From Spirochaetia bacterium (GTDB lineage Bacteria; Spirochaetota; Spirochaetia; SZUA-6; Bin103): a stretch of 64,000 nucleotides of DNA. The notes beneath the pieces were generated by a model. The model did not search any database, was not told where the DNA came from, and was given only the letters and a program-made list of their open reading frames with translations. Shown here piece after piece: positions 11,552-20,783 of this stretch. How positions within the stretch are numbered: position 1 is the stretch's first letter; the number at the start of each line of letters is the position of its first letter. Position numbers and translations under genes: made by a program. The stretch is taken from NCBI GenBank assembly GCA_965198005.1, contig CBDAOI010000003.1, forward strand, positions 352,001-416,000. Direction: 5' to 3'.

Positions 11552-12624
11552 TCCGCGAACCTTCCCGCCGTCACGTCCAGCACCAGGGTCCTGTTCTTTC
11601 GGTACCGATCGTGCGGCTCGTCCGGTAGAAAGGTAAAGAACGCCTGTTCGTACGGCGGCAGGTGCTGCAGGAACCGCTCGCGCTTGCCCGCGTCCAGCTC
11701 CAGCAGCACGTCGTCGAGCAGCAACAGCGGCAGCCGACCGGTCATGCGGTGAAAGAACTCCGCCTGCGCGACGCGCAGCACCAGCGCAGCCAGCCGCTTC
11801 TGGCCGGTGGATCCGTGCGTCGTGAACCGTACCCCGTCGAGCTGGAGCATGAACTCGTCACGGTGCGGCCCGCTGGTGGTCGTACGCAACTGCACGTCGC
11901 GTTGGCGTCGCCGCCCGAGCAGTGCCTGCGCCTCCGCCACGGTCGTCGGGCACGGCCACGACGGCCGGTAGCTGATGGTGGCCGCGTCGATGCCGCCGAT
12001 ACGGGCGCACAGATCCGTAAACACCGGTGCGAACTGCGCGCAGCATGCCGCCCGCCGTTCGGTCAGTTCCAGCCCGATCGCGGCCAACTGCGGTTCGTAC
12101 ACCTCCACGTGACCGGTGTCGCCCGCGCGCAACAGCGCATTGCGGGCGCGCAGCGTCCGGCGATACCGGCGCAGCGGGTCGAGGTACCGGGTATCGAACA
12201 GCGACAGGGTCTGATCGAAGAACGTCCGGCGCCGCTCGGGATCCCCGTCGATGATGCGCAAGTCCTCGTGGGTAAAGGCTATGGCCGGTGCGAACGAGAT
12301 CAGGCTCGCGCGATCGCGCAACGGCTTCCCGTCCACCACGATCCGCTTGCCGACGCCCGGCTGCAGACTTACTCCGACCGCGCGCAGATCGCCGCCGGCT
12401 GCCATTCGGCCCCATACCGTCGCGCCGGCCGCGTTGCGCCGAATCAGGTCGCGGTCGTTGCGGGTGCGGAAGGACGCGCCGAAACACAAGACGTAGACCG
12501 CCTCCAGGAAGTTGGTCTTGCCCTGACCGTTGTTTCCGACCAGAAACACGTCCCGACCGTCGACCTCCACGCGCGCGTCGGCGACGTTCCGGAACTCCGC
12601 CAGCCGCAGGGATAGCAGGCCCAA
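11527..12624 (-). CDS. recF: DNA replication/repair protein RecF
   Basis: GNNGQGKTNFLEA, GPHRD, GSTGQKR, LLLDDVLLELD. Confidence 0.96.
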   Translation of the reverse strand: MGLLSLRLAEFRNVADARVEVDGRDVFLVGNNGQGKTNFLEAVYVLCFGASFRTRNDRDLIRRNAAGATVWGRMAAGGDLRAVGVSLQPGVGKRIVVDGKPLRDRASLISFAPAIAFTHEDLRIIDGDPERRRTFFDQTLSLFDTRYLDPLRRYRRTLRARNALLRAGDTGHVEVYEPQLAAIGLELTERRAACCAQFAPVFTDLCARIGGIDAATISYRPSWPCPTTVAEAQALLGRRRQRDVQLRTTTSGPHRDEFMLQLDGVRFTTHGSTGQKRLAALVLRVAQAEFFHRMTGRLPLLLLDDVLLELDAGKRERFLQHLPPYEQAFFTFLPDEPHDRYRKNRTLVLDVTAGRFAECTVPATS

Positions 12625-12630
12625 CCGCGG

Positions 12631-13737
12631 TCAGCCCGCCTGCATCGGCATTACCACGTGGTGGTAGTCGCTCTCCGGGATCGGCTTGAGCGACAACGCC
12701 TTGCCCGGATCCGTGAACTCCAGCGTCACCTTGTCCGTGGCCATCTCGCGCAACGGATCGAGCAGATAGACGTAGTTGAACGCGAGCACCACCTCCGGCC
12801 CGCGGAACTCGCACGGGACATCCTCACGCGCCGCTCCGATATCCCCTTCACTCGAGCGAATGGTCAGGTTGTCGGCGGTCGTTTCCAGATGGATCCGCCG
12901 CGACTTCTGTTCCACCAATAGCGCCACCCGGCGCAACGCCTCCTCCAGGGCAGCCCGGTCAATTACGATCTGATGCTCCTGGTGATCGGGTATGACACGC
13001 TGATAATTGGGAAACTGGGCGTCGATGAGATTCGACGTCAAGTGCTGAGAATCGTACTCTACGTGAAAGTTCTTGTCCGTGACTCCAAGCTTCAATTCAC
13101 CCTCCCGGCTCACTAGACGGCGCACGACGCTCAATACCTTGGGTGGAACAATTACACCCTTGAAGTCGTCGACCTCCGGATCTATGATCTTTCCCGAGTA
13201 AGCGAGACGACGACCATCCGTGGCCACCATGATAAGTCGATCACCGTTTTTCTCGACGAACACCCCATTCATGAAGTACCTGGTCTCGTCATCCGACACG
13301 GCAAACAGCGTGTGCGAAATCATATCGATAAAACCTTGGCACGCAAATGAGAACATGGTGCTCGTCGGCGCATCTTGAAACTGGGGATACTTGTCCGAAG
13401 CAATACCTTTGAGTTGAAAGTTGATGCTCTTGAACACGGGATTGATGCGCAACACGATGTCATCAGTCTTTTGAAACTCGATCTCGCCTTCCGGTAGTGA
13501 ACGTAGAATGCCGTGAAACTTGTCACAGAACACCGTAATGCTGCCGGGTTCCTGCAGGTCCACGGGTATCGACGATTCATAGCTCACTTTCAAGTCTGTA
13601 GCGCGTATCGTCAATGCTCCATTGTTCGCTTCCAGCAGAACGTTGGACAACACGGATAAAGAGTTGCGAGCGGATATGATTTCGGATGCATTCGCGATCT
13701 CCCTGAGGATGGGCTCGCGCTCACAGGTGAACTTCAT
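12631..13737 (-). CDS. dnaN: DNA polymerase III beta sliding clamp
   Basis: ATDL, DETRYFMNGV, VATDGRRL, FPNYQRVIP, VVMPM. Confidence 0.97.
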   Translation of the reverse strand: MKFTCEREPILREIANASEIISARNSLSVLSNVLLEANNGALTIRATDLKVSYESSIPVDLQEPGSITVFCDKFHGILRSLPEGEIEFQKTDDIVLRINPVFKSINFQLKGIASDKYPQFQDAPTSTMFSFACQGFIDMISHTLFAVSDDETRYFMNGVFVEKNGDRLIMVATDGRRLAYSGKIIDPEVDDFKGVIVPPKVLSVVRRLVSREGELKLGVTDKNFHVEYDSQHLTSNLIDAQFPNYQRVIPDHQEHQIVIDRAALEEALRRVALLVEQKSRRIHLETTADNLTIRSSEGDIGAAREDVPCEFRGPEVVLAFNYVYLLDPLREMATDKVTLEFTDPGKALSLKPIPESDYHHVVMPMQAG

Positions 13738-13764
13738 CTCAAGACCTCATAATTCCATAAATCG

Positions 13765-13875
13765 GTAGTAATGGTACTAGGTTCTGTGGATTTGTGCAAA
13801 AGGTTCGTAAGTATCGTGGTCTCAATTAATTATCAAGCGGTACAAGAGGCGGTGTTCATACCCGGATTGTCCACA
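13765..13875 (-). other. oriC: oriC unwinding region: tandem DnaA boxes plus DnaA-trios, and a further DnaA box TTGTCCACA (13867-13875)
   Basis: Minus strand reads TTTTGCACA-AATCCACA-GAACC-TAGTACCATTACTAC in the AT-rich dnaA-dnaN spacer. Confidence 0.85.
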
Positions 13876-13958
13876 GCGCGAACGCGGTGCCGGGAATCGC
13901 GGGATCGTCCACCGTCTACCAACATGGAGTGCACAGCGAGAGTGCCAGTGGCTGCGGC

Positions 13959-15380
13959 TCACGAGGTGCCGTTGTTGCGCAGCGAATTCATGATCTGCTG
14001 GAGCGCCGGCTCCAGGGTTGCGTCGGTTTTCATGCGTTCGCTTACGCGCTGTACCGCGTGCATTACGGTGCTGTGGTCGCGGCCACCGAACTCAAGTCCT
14101 ACTTCTGTCGTAGAATGCTCGGTCATCGTGCGTGTTACGAACATGGCGACTTGTCTTGGAAAGGCGATTGCCTTGGTCCTCTTCTTGCCTTTGAGTTCTG
14201 CGACGCTGAGCGAAAAATAGTCTGCGACACGCCGTTGTACTGCGTCGATACTGATGCTCAGATGCTCCGGTTTCGAAAAGAACTCCCTGAGTTGACGCTG
14301 GGCGACGTCGGGCGTAATCGACCGGTTCACCAATTTGGAGTATGCAAGCAGCTTGGTGAGTGCCTTTTCGAGATCACGGACGTTGGTTCTGATGTTGCGA
14401 CAAATCAGGGCTATAATGTCGTCGTCAATATTGATCTCGGACTCTTCGATCTTCTGTTTCATGATTGCGATGCGGGTTTCGTAAGTAGGCGGTTGCAGGT
14501 CTACGTTGAGGCCTCGTTCAAAACGATTGATCAAACGGTCGGGCAGCGATTTGAGATTGGAAACCTGGCGGTCGCTGGAAAACACCATCTGTTTGTTGGA
14601 GTCGTAGAGCGCATTGAAGGTGTGGAAGAGTTCTTGCTGAGTCTCGACTTTCCCCTCCAGGAATTGGATGTCATCGATCAGGAGGACATCGGCGGAACGA
14701 TAACGGTTCTTGAATCGGTGGCCGGTCTTCTCCTTGATCGACTGAATGAACTCATTGGTGAAGGTCTCGACCGTGACGTATACGACCTTCTGGTCGGGCA
14801 TGTCGTAGTGGACGGTGTTGCCGACCGCCTGGAGCAGATGGGTCTTGCCGAGGCCGACGCCGCCGTAGACCAGGCAGGGGTTGTAGGTGCGGCCGGGATT
14901 CTTGGCGATCGCGAGAGCGGCGTTGAGGGCGAAGGTGTTGCCTTCCCCCTCGACCATGCGCCGGAAGTTGTACTCGGGGTTGAGTTGCGCATGGCGGCGG
15001 CGCGGGCGGGTGGCGGCGGCTGCGGAAACCGGGCTCGCGGGCGGGGTGGCGGGCCGCCGTTGCGCCGCACCGCGCCGGCGGCCGGTCCGGGGCGGAAGCT
15101 CGACCGGCCCGGCGTGGGTGGGCACGTCGGGAACGGCGAAGGAGAGCTTCAGGTCTTGTCCGGAGAGTTCGAGCAGCACACGCTCGAGGGCGGGCTGGAA
15201 CCGCTGTGCCACCTGGTCCCGATAGAAGGATGAGGGAACCTGTAGTTGAATCGTGCTCTCGGCGGAGCCGCGGTACACCATGTTCTTGAACCAGGTCTCG
15301 TACTCCTGATCACTGATGGTCGACCGCACCTGGTCGTGGGCCGCGGTCCAGAACACTTCATAGTCCCAGCTTCCGGTCAT
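13959..15380 (-). CDS. dnaA: Chromosomal replication initiator DnaA
   Basis: GGVGLGKTHL, LLIDDIQF, NVRDLE, RQVAM, GGRDHSTVMH; ATG 15380 follows an AGGAG RBS. Confidence 0.98.
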   Translation of the reverse strand: MTGSWDYEVFWTAAHDQVRSTISDQEYETWFKNMVYRGSAESTIQLQVPSSFYRDQVAQRFQPALERVLLELSGQDLKLSFAVPDVPTHAGPVELPPRTGRRRGAAQRRPATPPASPVSAAAATRPRRRHAQLNPEYNFRRMVEGEGNTFALNAALAIAKNPGRTYNPCLVYGGVGLGKTHLLQAVGNTVHYDMPDQKVVYVTVETFTNEFIQSIKEKTGHRFKNRYRSADVLLIDDIQFLEGKVETQQELFHTFNALYDSNKQMVFSSDRQVSNLKSLPDRLINRFERGLNVDLQPPTYETRIAIMKQKIEESEINIDDDIIALICRNIRTNVRDLEKALTKLLAYSKLVNRSITPDVAQRQLREFFSKPEHLSISIDAVQRRVADYFSLSVAELKGKKRTKAIAFPRQVAMFVTRTMTEHSTTEVGLEFGGRDHSTVMHAVQRVSERMKTDATLEPALQQIMNSLRNNGTS

Positions 15381-15455
15381 GCGTTCTCCTCGTAGAATCC
15401 GGAAACCCCCTGCGAACCGTGCGTACGGGCCGCAGCCATGCAAATACTCAACAGG

Positions 15456-15696
15456 TTGTCCACAACCAACGTTGCGAGCCACACGCAGAAAAGCTGCGAA
15501 CGACGATCACGTGGATGTCGTCGGCCAGATCCTGTGAGAAGCCCTGTCCAGGGACCGTAATACATTATCATGCAACAACTTACATATGAGTGACCGGGAT
15601 CCGGGAACAGCCTGAGCTGACGCCAAAAAGCGGTTTCTTGCACGTATAACGGCTCTACCCGCACGCCCGCGCAAAATTATCAACAACTTATCAACA
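15456..15696. promoter_or_regulatory. DnaA-box cluster upstream of dnaA
   Basis: TTGTCCACA 15456-15464; TTATCAACA 15677-15685 and 15688-15696. Confidence 0.75.
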
Positions 15697-15809
15697 AGCC
15701 CCGTGGCAACCCGCTATCGTACCATTGGCGGACGCCGCACGCAAGGATGGTTCGGCAAAAAAATCGGCAAAAAACGAGGGGCGGGATTGCGGTAGGATGG
15801 GAGCGGCTT

Positions 15810-16988
15810 ATGGATACGAGCGTACGGTTGGGTGAGCGCAGGGTGGTATTGGTGGGGACTGCCCACGTGTCGGAAGAGAGCGTCAGGGAGGTTCGCGCCA
15901 CGATCGCGAGCCATGAACCGGACTGTGTGTGCGTGGAGCTGGACGCCAGCCGGTACGCCACCATCACTCAGGAACGACGCTGGATGGAGCTGGACATCCG
16001 CCGGGTGCTCAGGGAGCGCAAGGGGTTCCTGCTGTTGACCAACATTGTCCTGCATTCGTTTCAACGGCGGCTCGGGCTCGATCTCGGGGTCCAGCCGGGG
16101 GCGGAGATGGTCGCGGCCATCGACGCGGCGCGGGCCGCGGACGTCCGGTTCGTGCTCTGCGACCGGGACATCCAGGTCACGATGCGCCGGGCGTGGCGGC
16201 GATCGGGTCTGTGGGGCCGGTTCAAGCTGCTCGGGGCATTGCTGGCGGGTGCCTTCGTCAATGAGGAGCTGGAAGCGGGCCAGATAGAGGCGCTCAAGGA
16301 GCGGGGCATGCTGCAGAGCATGCTGGACGAGCTCGCCGACTATCTGCCGCGCGTCAAGGAAGTGTTGATCGACGAACGCGACACCTACCTCGCGGCGCGG
16401 ATCTACGGTGCCGGCGGCTCCCGCACGGTGGCCGTGGTCGGCGCCGGCCACGTGCCGGGGATCGAACGGGCGCTCGCCGCGTACCGGGAGCGGCCGCCGG
16501 ACGAGGACGAGCTGCGCGCACTGGATCACGTCCCGCCGCGCGGCTGGGTGAGCCGCGTGCTGCCCTGGAGCCTGCCGGCGCTGTTCGTCGGTCTGGTGGG
16601 CTACGGATTCCTGCGCGCCGGGGCCGAGCTGACGATTCAGAAGCTCACGCAATGGATCCTGGTGAACGGCTCCTTTGCCGCGCTCGGCTGTCTGGCCGCG
16701 TTGGCCCACCCGGTGACCATCCTGTCGGCGTTCGTGGCCGCACCGATCACCTCGATCAACCCCACCATCGGCGTGGGGTTGGTGGCCGGCCTGGTGCAGG
16801 CGTTCATGCGCAAGCCGCGGGTGGTGGACTTCGAGCACCTGGCGGAGGACATCACCCGCCTGCGCGGCATTCTGCGCAACCGGGTGACGCACGTGCTGGT
16901 GGTGTTCTTCCTGTCCAGCGTCGGCAGCGCGATCGGCACCTTTGTCGGGCTATCGTTCCTCACCAGTCTGCTGCGCGGCGGCGTCTGA
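15810..16988 (+). CDS. TraB/GumN (PrgY-like) family protein
   Basis: LVGTAHVS, VCVELD..R, PGAEM, LIDERD, VVGAGHVPG and C-terminal TM helices. Confidence 0.9.
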   Translation: MDTSVRLGERRVVLVGTAHVSEESVREVRATIASHEPDCVCVELDASRYATITQERRWMELDIRRVLRERKGFLLLTNIVLHSFQRRLGLDLGVQPGAEMVAAIDAARAADVRFVLCDRDIQVTMRRAWRRSGLWGRFKLLGALLAGAFVNEELEAGQIEALKERGMLQSMLDELADYLPRVKEVLIDERDTYLAARIYGAGGSRTVAVVGAGHVPGIERALAAYRERPPDEDELRALDHVPPRGWVSRVLPWSLPALFVGLVGYGFLRAGAELTIQKLTQWILVNGSFAALGCLAALAHPVTILSAFVAAPITSINPTIGVGLVAGLVQAFMRKPRVVDFEHLAEDITRLRGILRNRVTHVLVVFFLSSVGSAIGTFVGLSFLTSLLRGGV

Positions 16989-17561
16989 TTCGAGCAGCGC
17001 GCGGCAACGGCGCAACGCCCGCCCGCGATGAGAGAGCGCGTCCTTCTCGGCGGGGCTCAGCTCGGCCATGGTGCGTCCCTGCGCCGGGAGCAGGAACACG
17101 GGGTCGTACCCGAAGCCATTGGCGCCGCGCGGATGATCGCTGATTGCCCCGGCCACCGTCTCCTGGACCAGCAGCAGCCGCCGGTCGTCCAACACCAGCG
17201 CCACGCAGCACACGAAAGCGGCGGCGCGGTGTTCCTCGCCGGCAAGCAGCTCCAGCAGGTGCCGGGTGCGGCCGGCATCGTCCAGCCTGACGCCGGGAGG
17301 CCCGAAGCGCGCCGACCGGACCCCCGGCGCGCCGCCGAGAGCGTCTACCGCGAGCCCCGAGTCGTCGGCCAGCACCGGCCGGCCGAGCATCCGGTAGAGG
17401 TGCCGGGCTTTCCCCAGGGCGTTCTCGTGGAACGTGGGGCCGTTCTCCTCGAACGCAAACGTCAGCCCCAGGTCGGCGGGGGTGCGTACGGTGATGCCGT
17501 GCAGGATGCGCCGTACCTCGCCGGCCTTATGCGGATTGTTGCTGGCGAACACCAGTTCCAT
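16950..17561 (-). CDS. rdgB: dITP/XTP pyrophosphatase (Ham1 family)
   Basis: ASNNPHK, ADDSGL, PGVRSAR, GFGYDPVF, SHRGRA. Confidence 0.95.
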   Translation of the reverse strand: MELVFASNNPHKAGEVRRILHGITVRTPADLGLTFAFEENGPTFHENALGKARHLYRMLGRPVLADDSGLAVDALGGAPGVRSARFGPPGVRLDDAGRTRHLLELLAGEEHRAAAFVCCVALVLDDRRLLLVQETVAGAISDHPRGANGFGYDPVFLLPAQGRTMAELSPAEKDALSHRGRALRRCRALLESDAAAQQTGEER

Positions 17562-18507
17562 GGAGTGGAGCGTACCGGGAGGAGATTTCCCGTTTCAACC
17601 AGAACAGCCCGGTATCCACGGTGCCCTTGGGTACGCCCAGTGCCGCACCGATCTCGCGGTTGCTCGGACCGAGGTGCACGCGCGCCAACTCCCGTCGGGC
17701 TGCGGAGACGGTCCGCCGCAGGCGGTCGGCCCGCGCCGTGGCCCGGGCGCGGCGTTCCGGATCCGATTCCGCGACGGCGTCGGCCTGCCAGAGCTGAAGC
17801 TGGGCGAAGGCGCTGTTGCGGCGCTCGCGCAGCACCGTGAAGCGACGCTGGACTGCGCTCCGGCCGCGGTGCAGCCGCGCCACCTGGGCGCGCAGCCATT
17901 GCTCGTCGCAGTCGGCGAGCTGGGCCGCGGCCGTCAACATGGCGTCGTCCATTTCATGCCCGGCCTTCAAGGCCGCGTACAGGACGCGGCGGTGGAGCGG
18001 CGCCGCCGGCAACCCCGGCCGGGGCCGGCGGCACGTCGCCGGTACGGCGTCCGCCGCCGCGGACGGTGGCTGGGGCAGCGCCGGCGCCGACTGCGCCCCC
18101 GGGTCCGTGTCGGTGGCCGGCTGTTGCGTGTGGGTTGCGGCCGGGTCCGTGTGGGCGGCCGCCAGGTCTGCCTGTGGATCCCAGACCTGGCTGCGCAGCC
18201 CGGTTTCCCAGGCCTGCTCGCGCTGGCGCCGGCGCGCCAGAAAGGTCCGCAACTGCCAGCTCAGCACCGAGTTGAGGTACCGTTCGAACGGCTTGCCCTG
18301 GTCGCGAAACCGCGCCAGCATCCGCTCCAGCTTGGCATGGCAGAACAAGTAGAACTCGCCTGCCGTATCCTCCTCCAGATACGGGTACTTGCGACGCGGG
18401 TAGGCGTACACGTACTTACCCAGATCCTCCAACAAATCGCGCTTGCCCGCGCCCGAGTCCTGATAGGCTCGCACCCGGGCGGTCCAGCCGGCCAGTTGCT
18501 CCTGCAT
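17527..18507 (-). CDS. Sigma-factor-like protein with C-terminal region-4-type HTH
   Basis: C-terminal PSNREIGAALGVPKGTVDTGL; N-terminal FERYLNSVL..L helix reminiscent of region 2. Confidence 0.55.
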   Translation of the reverse strand: MQEQLAGWTARVRAYQDSGAGKRDLLEDLGKYVYAYPRRKYPYLEEDTAGEFYLFCHAKLERMLARFRDQGKPFERYLNSVLSWQLRTFLARRRQREQAWETGLRSQVWDPQADLAAAHTDPAATHTQQPATDTDPGAQSAPALPQPPSAAADAVPATCRRPRPGLPAAPLHRRVLYAALKAGHEMDDAMLTAAAQLADCDEQWLRAQVARLHRGRSAVQRRFTVLRERRNSAFAQLQLWQADAVAESDPERRARATARADRLRRTVSAARRELARVHLGPSNREIGAALGVPKGTVDTGLFWLKREISSRYAPLHGTGVRQQQSA

Positions 18508-18627
18508 CGACGACCACCTCCTGGTCCGCCTTTCTGCAAGAGCCGTGCCAGGCGCCCAGCCGCGGGGGCCGCCGCGGGCAGGCGCATGCCCCGCGGCTTT
18601 ACGTTGGTTTACACTTTGCGGGGTGGG

Positions 18628-19581
18628 CTATCCGAGGCGCCGCAGGATCTCGGCGCGAAGCTCGTCGATGCTGCCCGGCCAGGTGAATCCCGCCGCCTGC
18701 CGGTGACCGCCGCCACCGAGCGCGTGGGCCACGCTCCCGACATCCGCGGCGGCGCTGGAGCGCATGCTCACCGAACAGCCGCCGGCGGGCTCCTCACGCG
18801 CGAACACCAGCACCTCGCAGCCGGCCACGGTCAGCAGCAGATCGTAGAGTTCGTCGTAACCCGCCCGCTCCCGTTCGCTGCGCCACTGGCAGGTGAACAG
18901 CAGCCGTCCGCCGCGGTGCTGCTCGGTCCGGGCCAGCAGCGTGCCGAGCAGGCGCCGGTGGAGGAAGGTGCGCCCACCGCCTATGCGCTGGTAGACCGTC
19001 TGCGGGTCTGCGCCGGCGGCCACCAGCCGGCCGGCCGCGGCAAATACCGGTTGGCTGTGCGTATTGAGGTGGCGGAAGAACCCGGTGTCGGTGCACAGCC
19101 CGAACAGCAGCAGCTCGGCCAGCGCGGGGGTCAGTTCCGTCCCCGAGGCCTCGATGATGAGTTGCACCAGGTACACCGTGGCGGGCGCCGAGGGATCCAC
19201 CAGCCGGAGGTCGCCGAAGGCGACTCCAGCGGAGTGGTGGTCGATGACCAGCGTGCGCAGGCCGTCGATCTCCGGTTCGAGGGTGCCGGTGCGGTCCGGC
19301 GTCGAGCAGTCAACCACCACCACGAGCGGCTGGCGCGCGCGCATCTCCGGTTCGATGGTGGAGCGGAAGCGGGCGGCAAAGGCGCGGACCTCGGCGCGGT
19401 CGAAGGGGCCGGCCGAGTAGACGCCGACCCGCTTGCCGCAGCCGGCCAGAAACTCGGCCAGGGCAAGCTGGGCGGCGACGCAGTCGCCGTCCGGCCGTTC
19501 GTGCCCGACCACCGCCACGGAGTCCGCCGCCTGGAGAGTGGCAAGGATGGCGCCGAGAGCGGCCGGCGTGACGGCGTTCAT
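18628..19581 (-). CDS. nrnA: DHH/DHHA1 phosphoesterase (NrnA nanoRNase/pAp phosphatase)
   Basis: GHERPDGD, VVD, IDHH, TDTGFF, GGGGH..AAG; ATGA overlap with the upstream gene gives start 19581. Confidence 0.88.
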   Translation of the reverse strand: MNAVTPAALGAILATLQAADSVAVVGHERPDGDCVAAQLALAEFLAGCGKRVGVYSAGPFDRAEVRAFAARFRSTIEPEMRARQPLVVVVDCSTPDRTGTLEPEIDGLRTLVIDHHSAGVAFGDLRLVDPSAPATVYLVQLIIEASGTELTPALAELLLFGLCTDTGFFRHLNTHSQPVFAAAGRLVAAGADPQTVYQRIGGGRTFLHRRLLGTLLARTEQHRGGRLLFTCQWRSERERAGYDELYDLLLTVAGCEVLVFAREEPAGGCSVSMRSSAAADVGSVAHALGGGGHRQAAGFTWPGSIDELRAEILRRLG

Positions 19582-20783
19582 GCTTCCGGCGCAACGGCGA
19601 GGATCGCGGTCTGCGGCGCGCCGCCGGAAATCACCAGCTCGGTTCCGGCCACCAGAGCGTTGATCTCGCTGCGCATGCCATAGTCCGCGTGATAGACCCC
19701 CGGCTCGATCGAGAAGCAGGAGCCGTCCAGCAGCGGGCGCGTGTCCGGGAACTCCACCATATCGAGATTCACGCCGATGCCGTGCAGTTGCGTGTCGATG
19801 GCGTGACCGGTGCGATGGCGCACGGCGGACAACAGCCCGTGGCGCTGCAGAATGGCGCGCGCTCGTTGATCGACCTCCGCGCCGGTCACCGGCTCCCGCG
19901 CGTGCAGCCGCGAGCGGATAAGCGCCACCGCGCCGTCGCGCGCCGCGCACACGGCGGCGAAGGTCGCCTGCAGGGCCGCCGGCACCTCGGTGCCGGTGAA
20001 CGCCACCCATGAGATGTCGGCGTACACACCGTGCGCGCCCGGCTCCTTCGCCCACAGATCGAACTGCAGGACCTGATCCGGCGTTATCGGAGCGCCGGCG
20101 CCCTCCGGCTGATAGTGCGGGTCGCCGCTGTTGCGCGCCACGGCGACCAGCGGCGGCTCGTCGCTCACCAAGCCGCGCGCCTGCAGCCCGGCGGCCAGCC
20201 AGTCCCGCACCGCCCCCTCGGTGACGGAGCTGCCGGCGCGCACGCCCGCGGCCAGCCGCCGCCACGCCTCGTCCAGGGTTGCCCGGACCGCGGCCGCGGC
20301 GCGCAGGTGCGCGGCGCGGCGCGCGCCGTCGAGCACGCCCAGCACCCGCTGGATCAAGTCCGCGGCCGACGTGGTGGGCACCGCAAGCTGCTGCACCATC
20401 TCCACCGCCCCGTGATCCACCAGCGACAGCGCCGGAATGGTGGCGCTGTAATTGACCGCTACCGTCGTCAACCCGTGGCAGGCCGCCCGTACGCAGCTCA
20501 GCAGTTCGCTACGTGACCCGTAGGTGGCGCGGGCGCCGGGCACCTGGTCGAGGATGTTCGGCTCGATGGCGTGCACGATGCGCTGGACGCCGCCGTCGGC
20601 ACGCACCAGGCACAGCCAGGGACGGGTATTCAGCGCATCCGCGGCGACGCCCAGGATCGCGTCGGCGACGTGATCGCGGTGATACACGTTGTAGAGCAGC
20701 CAGGCGGGCACCTGCTCGGCGCGCAGCGCCTGCCGGGCGCGGTCCAGGCGGCCCGCCGTGGCGGGCGCGGTGGGGGCGCTCAT
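19578..20783 (-). CDS. M24 family (Xaa-Pro) peptidase
   Basis: SGDPHY, DLW, YADISW, HRTGH, FSIEPGVY, GMRSE; ATGA overlap with argF. Confidence 0.9.
   Translation of the reverse strand: MSAPTAPATAGRLDRARQALRAEQVPAWLLYNVYHRDHVADAILGVAADALNTRPWLCLVRADGGVQRIVHAIEPNILDQVPGARATYGSRSELLSCVRAACHGLTTVAVNYSATIPALSLVDHGAVEMVQQLAVPTTSAADLIQRVLGVLDGARRAAHLRAAAAVRATLDEAWRRLAAGVRAGSSVTEGAVRDWLAAGLQARGLVSDEPPLVAVARNSGDPHYQPEGAGAPITPDQVLQFDLWAKEPGAHGVYADISWVAFTGTEVPAALQATFAAVCAARDGAVALIRSRLHAREPVTGAEVDQRARAILQRHGLLSAVRHRTGHAIDTQLHGIGVNLDMVEFPDTRPLLDGSCFSIEPGVYHADYGMRSEINALVAGTELVISGGAPQTAILAVAPEA

Noticed and set aside
18628-20265. 545-aa ORF suggesting a DHH fusion protein
   Set aside because: The N-terminal part is an alternative frame of the M24 peptidase; the real start is 19581 (ATGA overlap)
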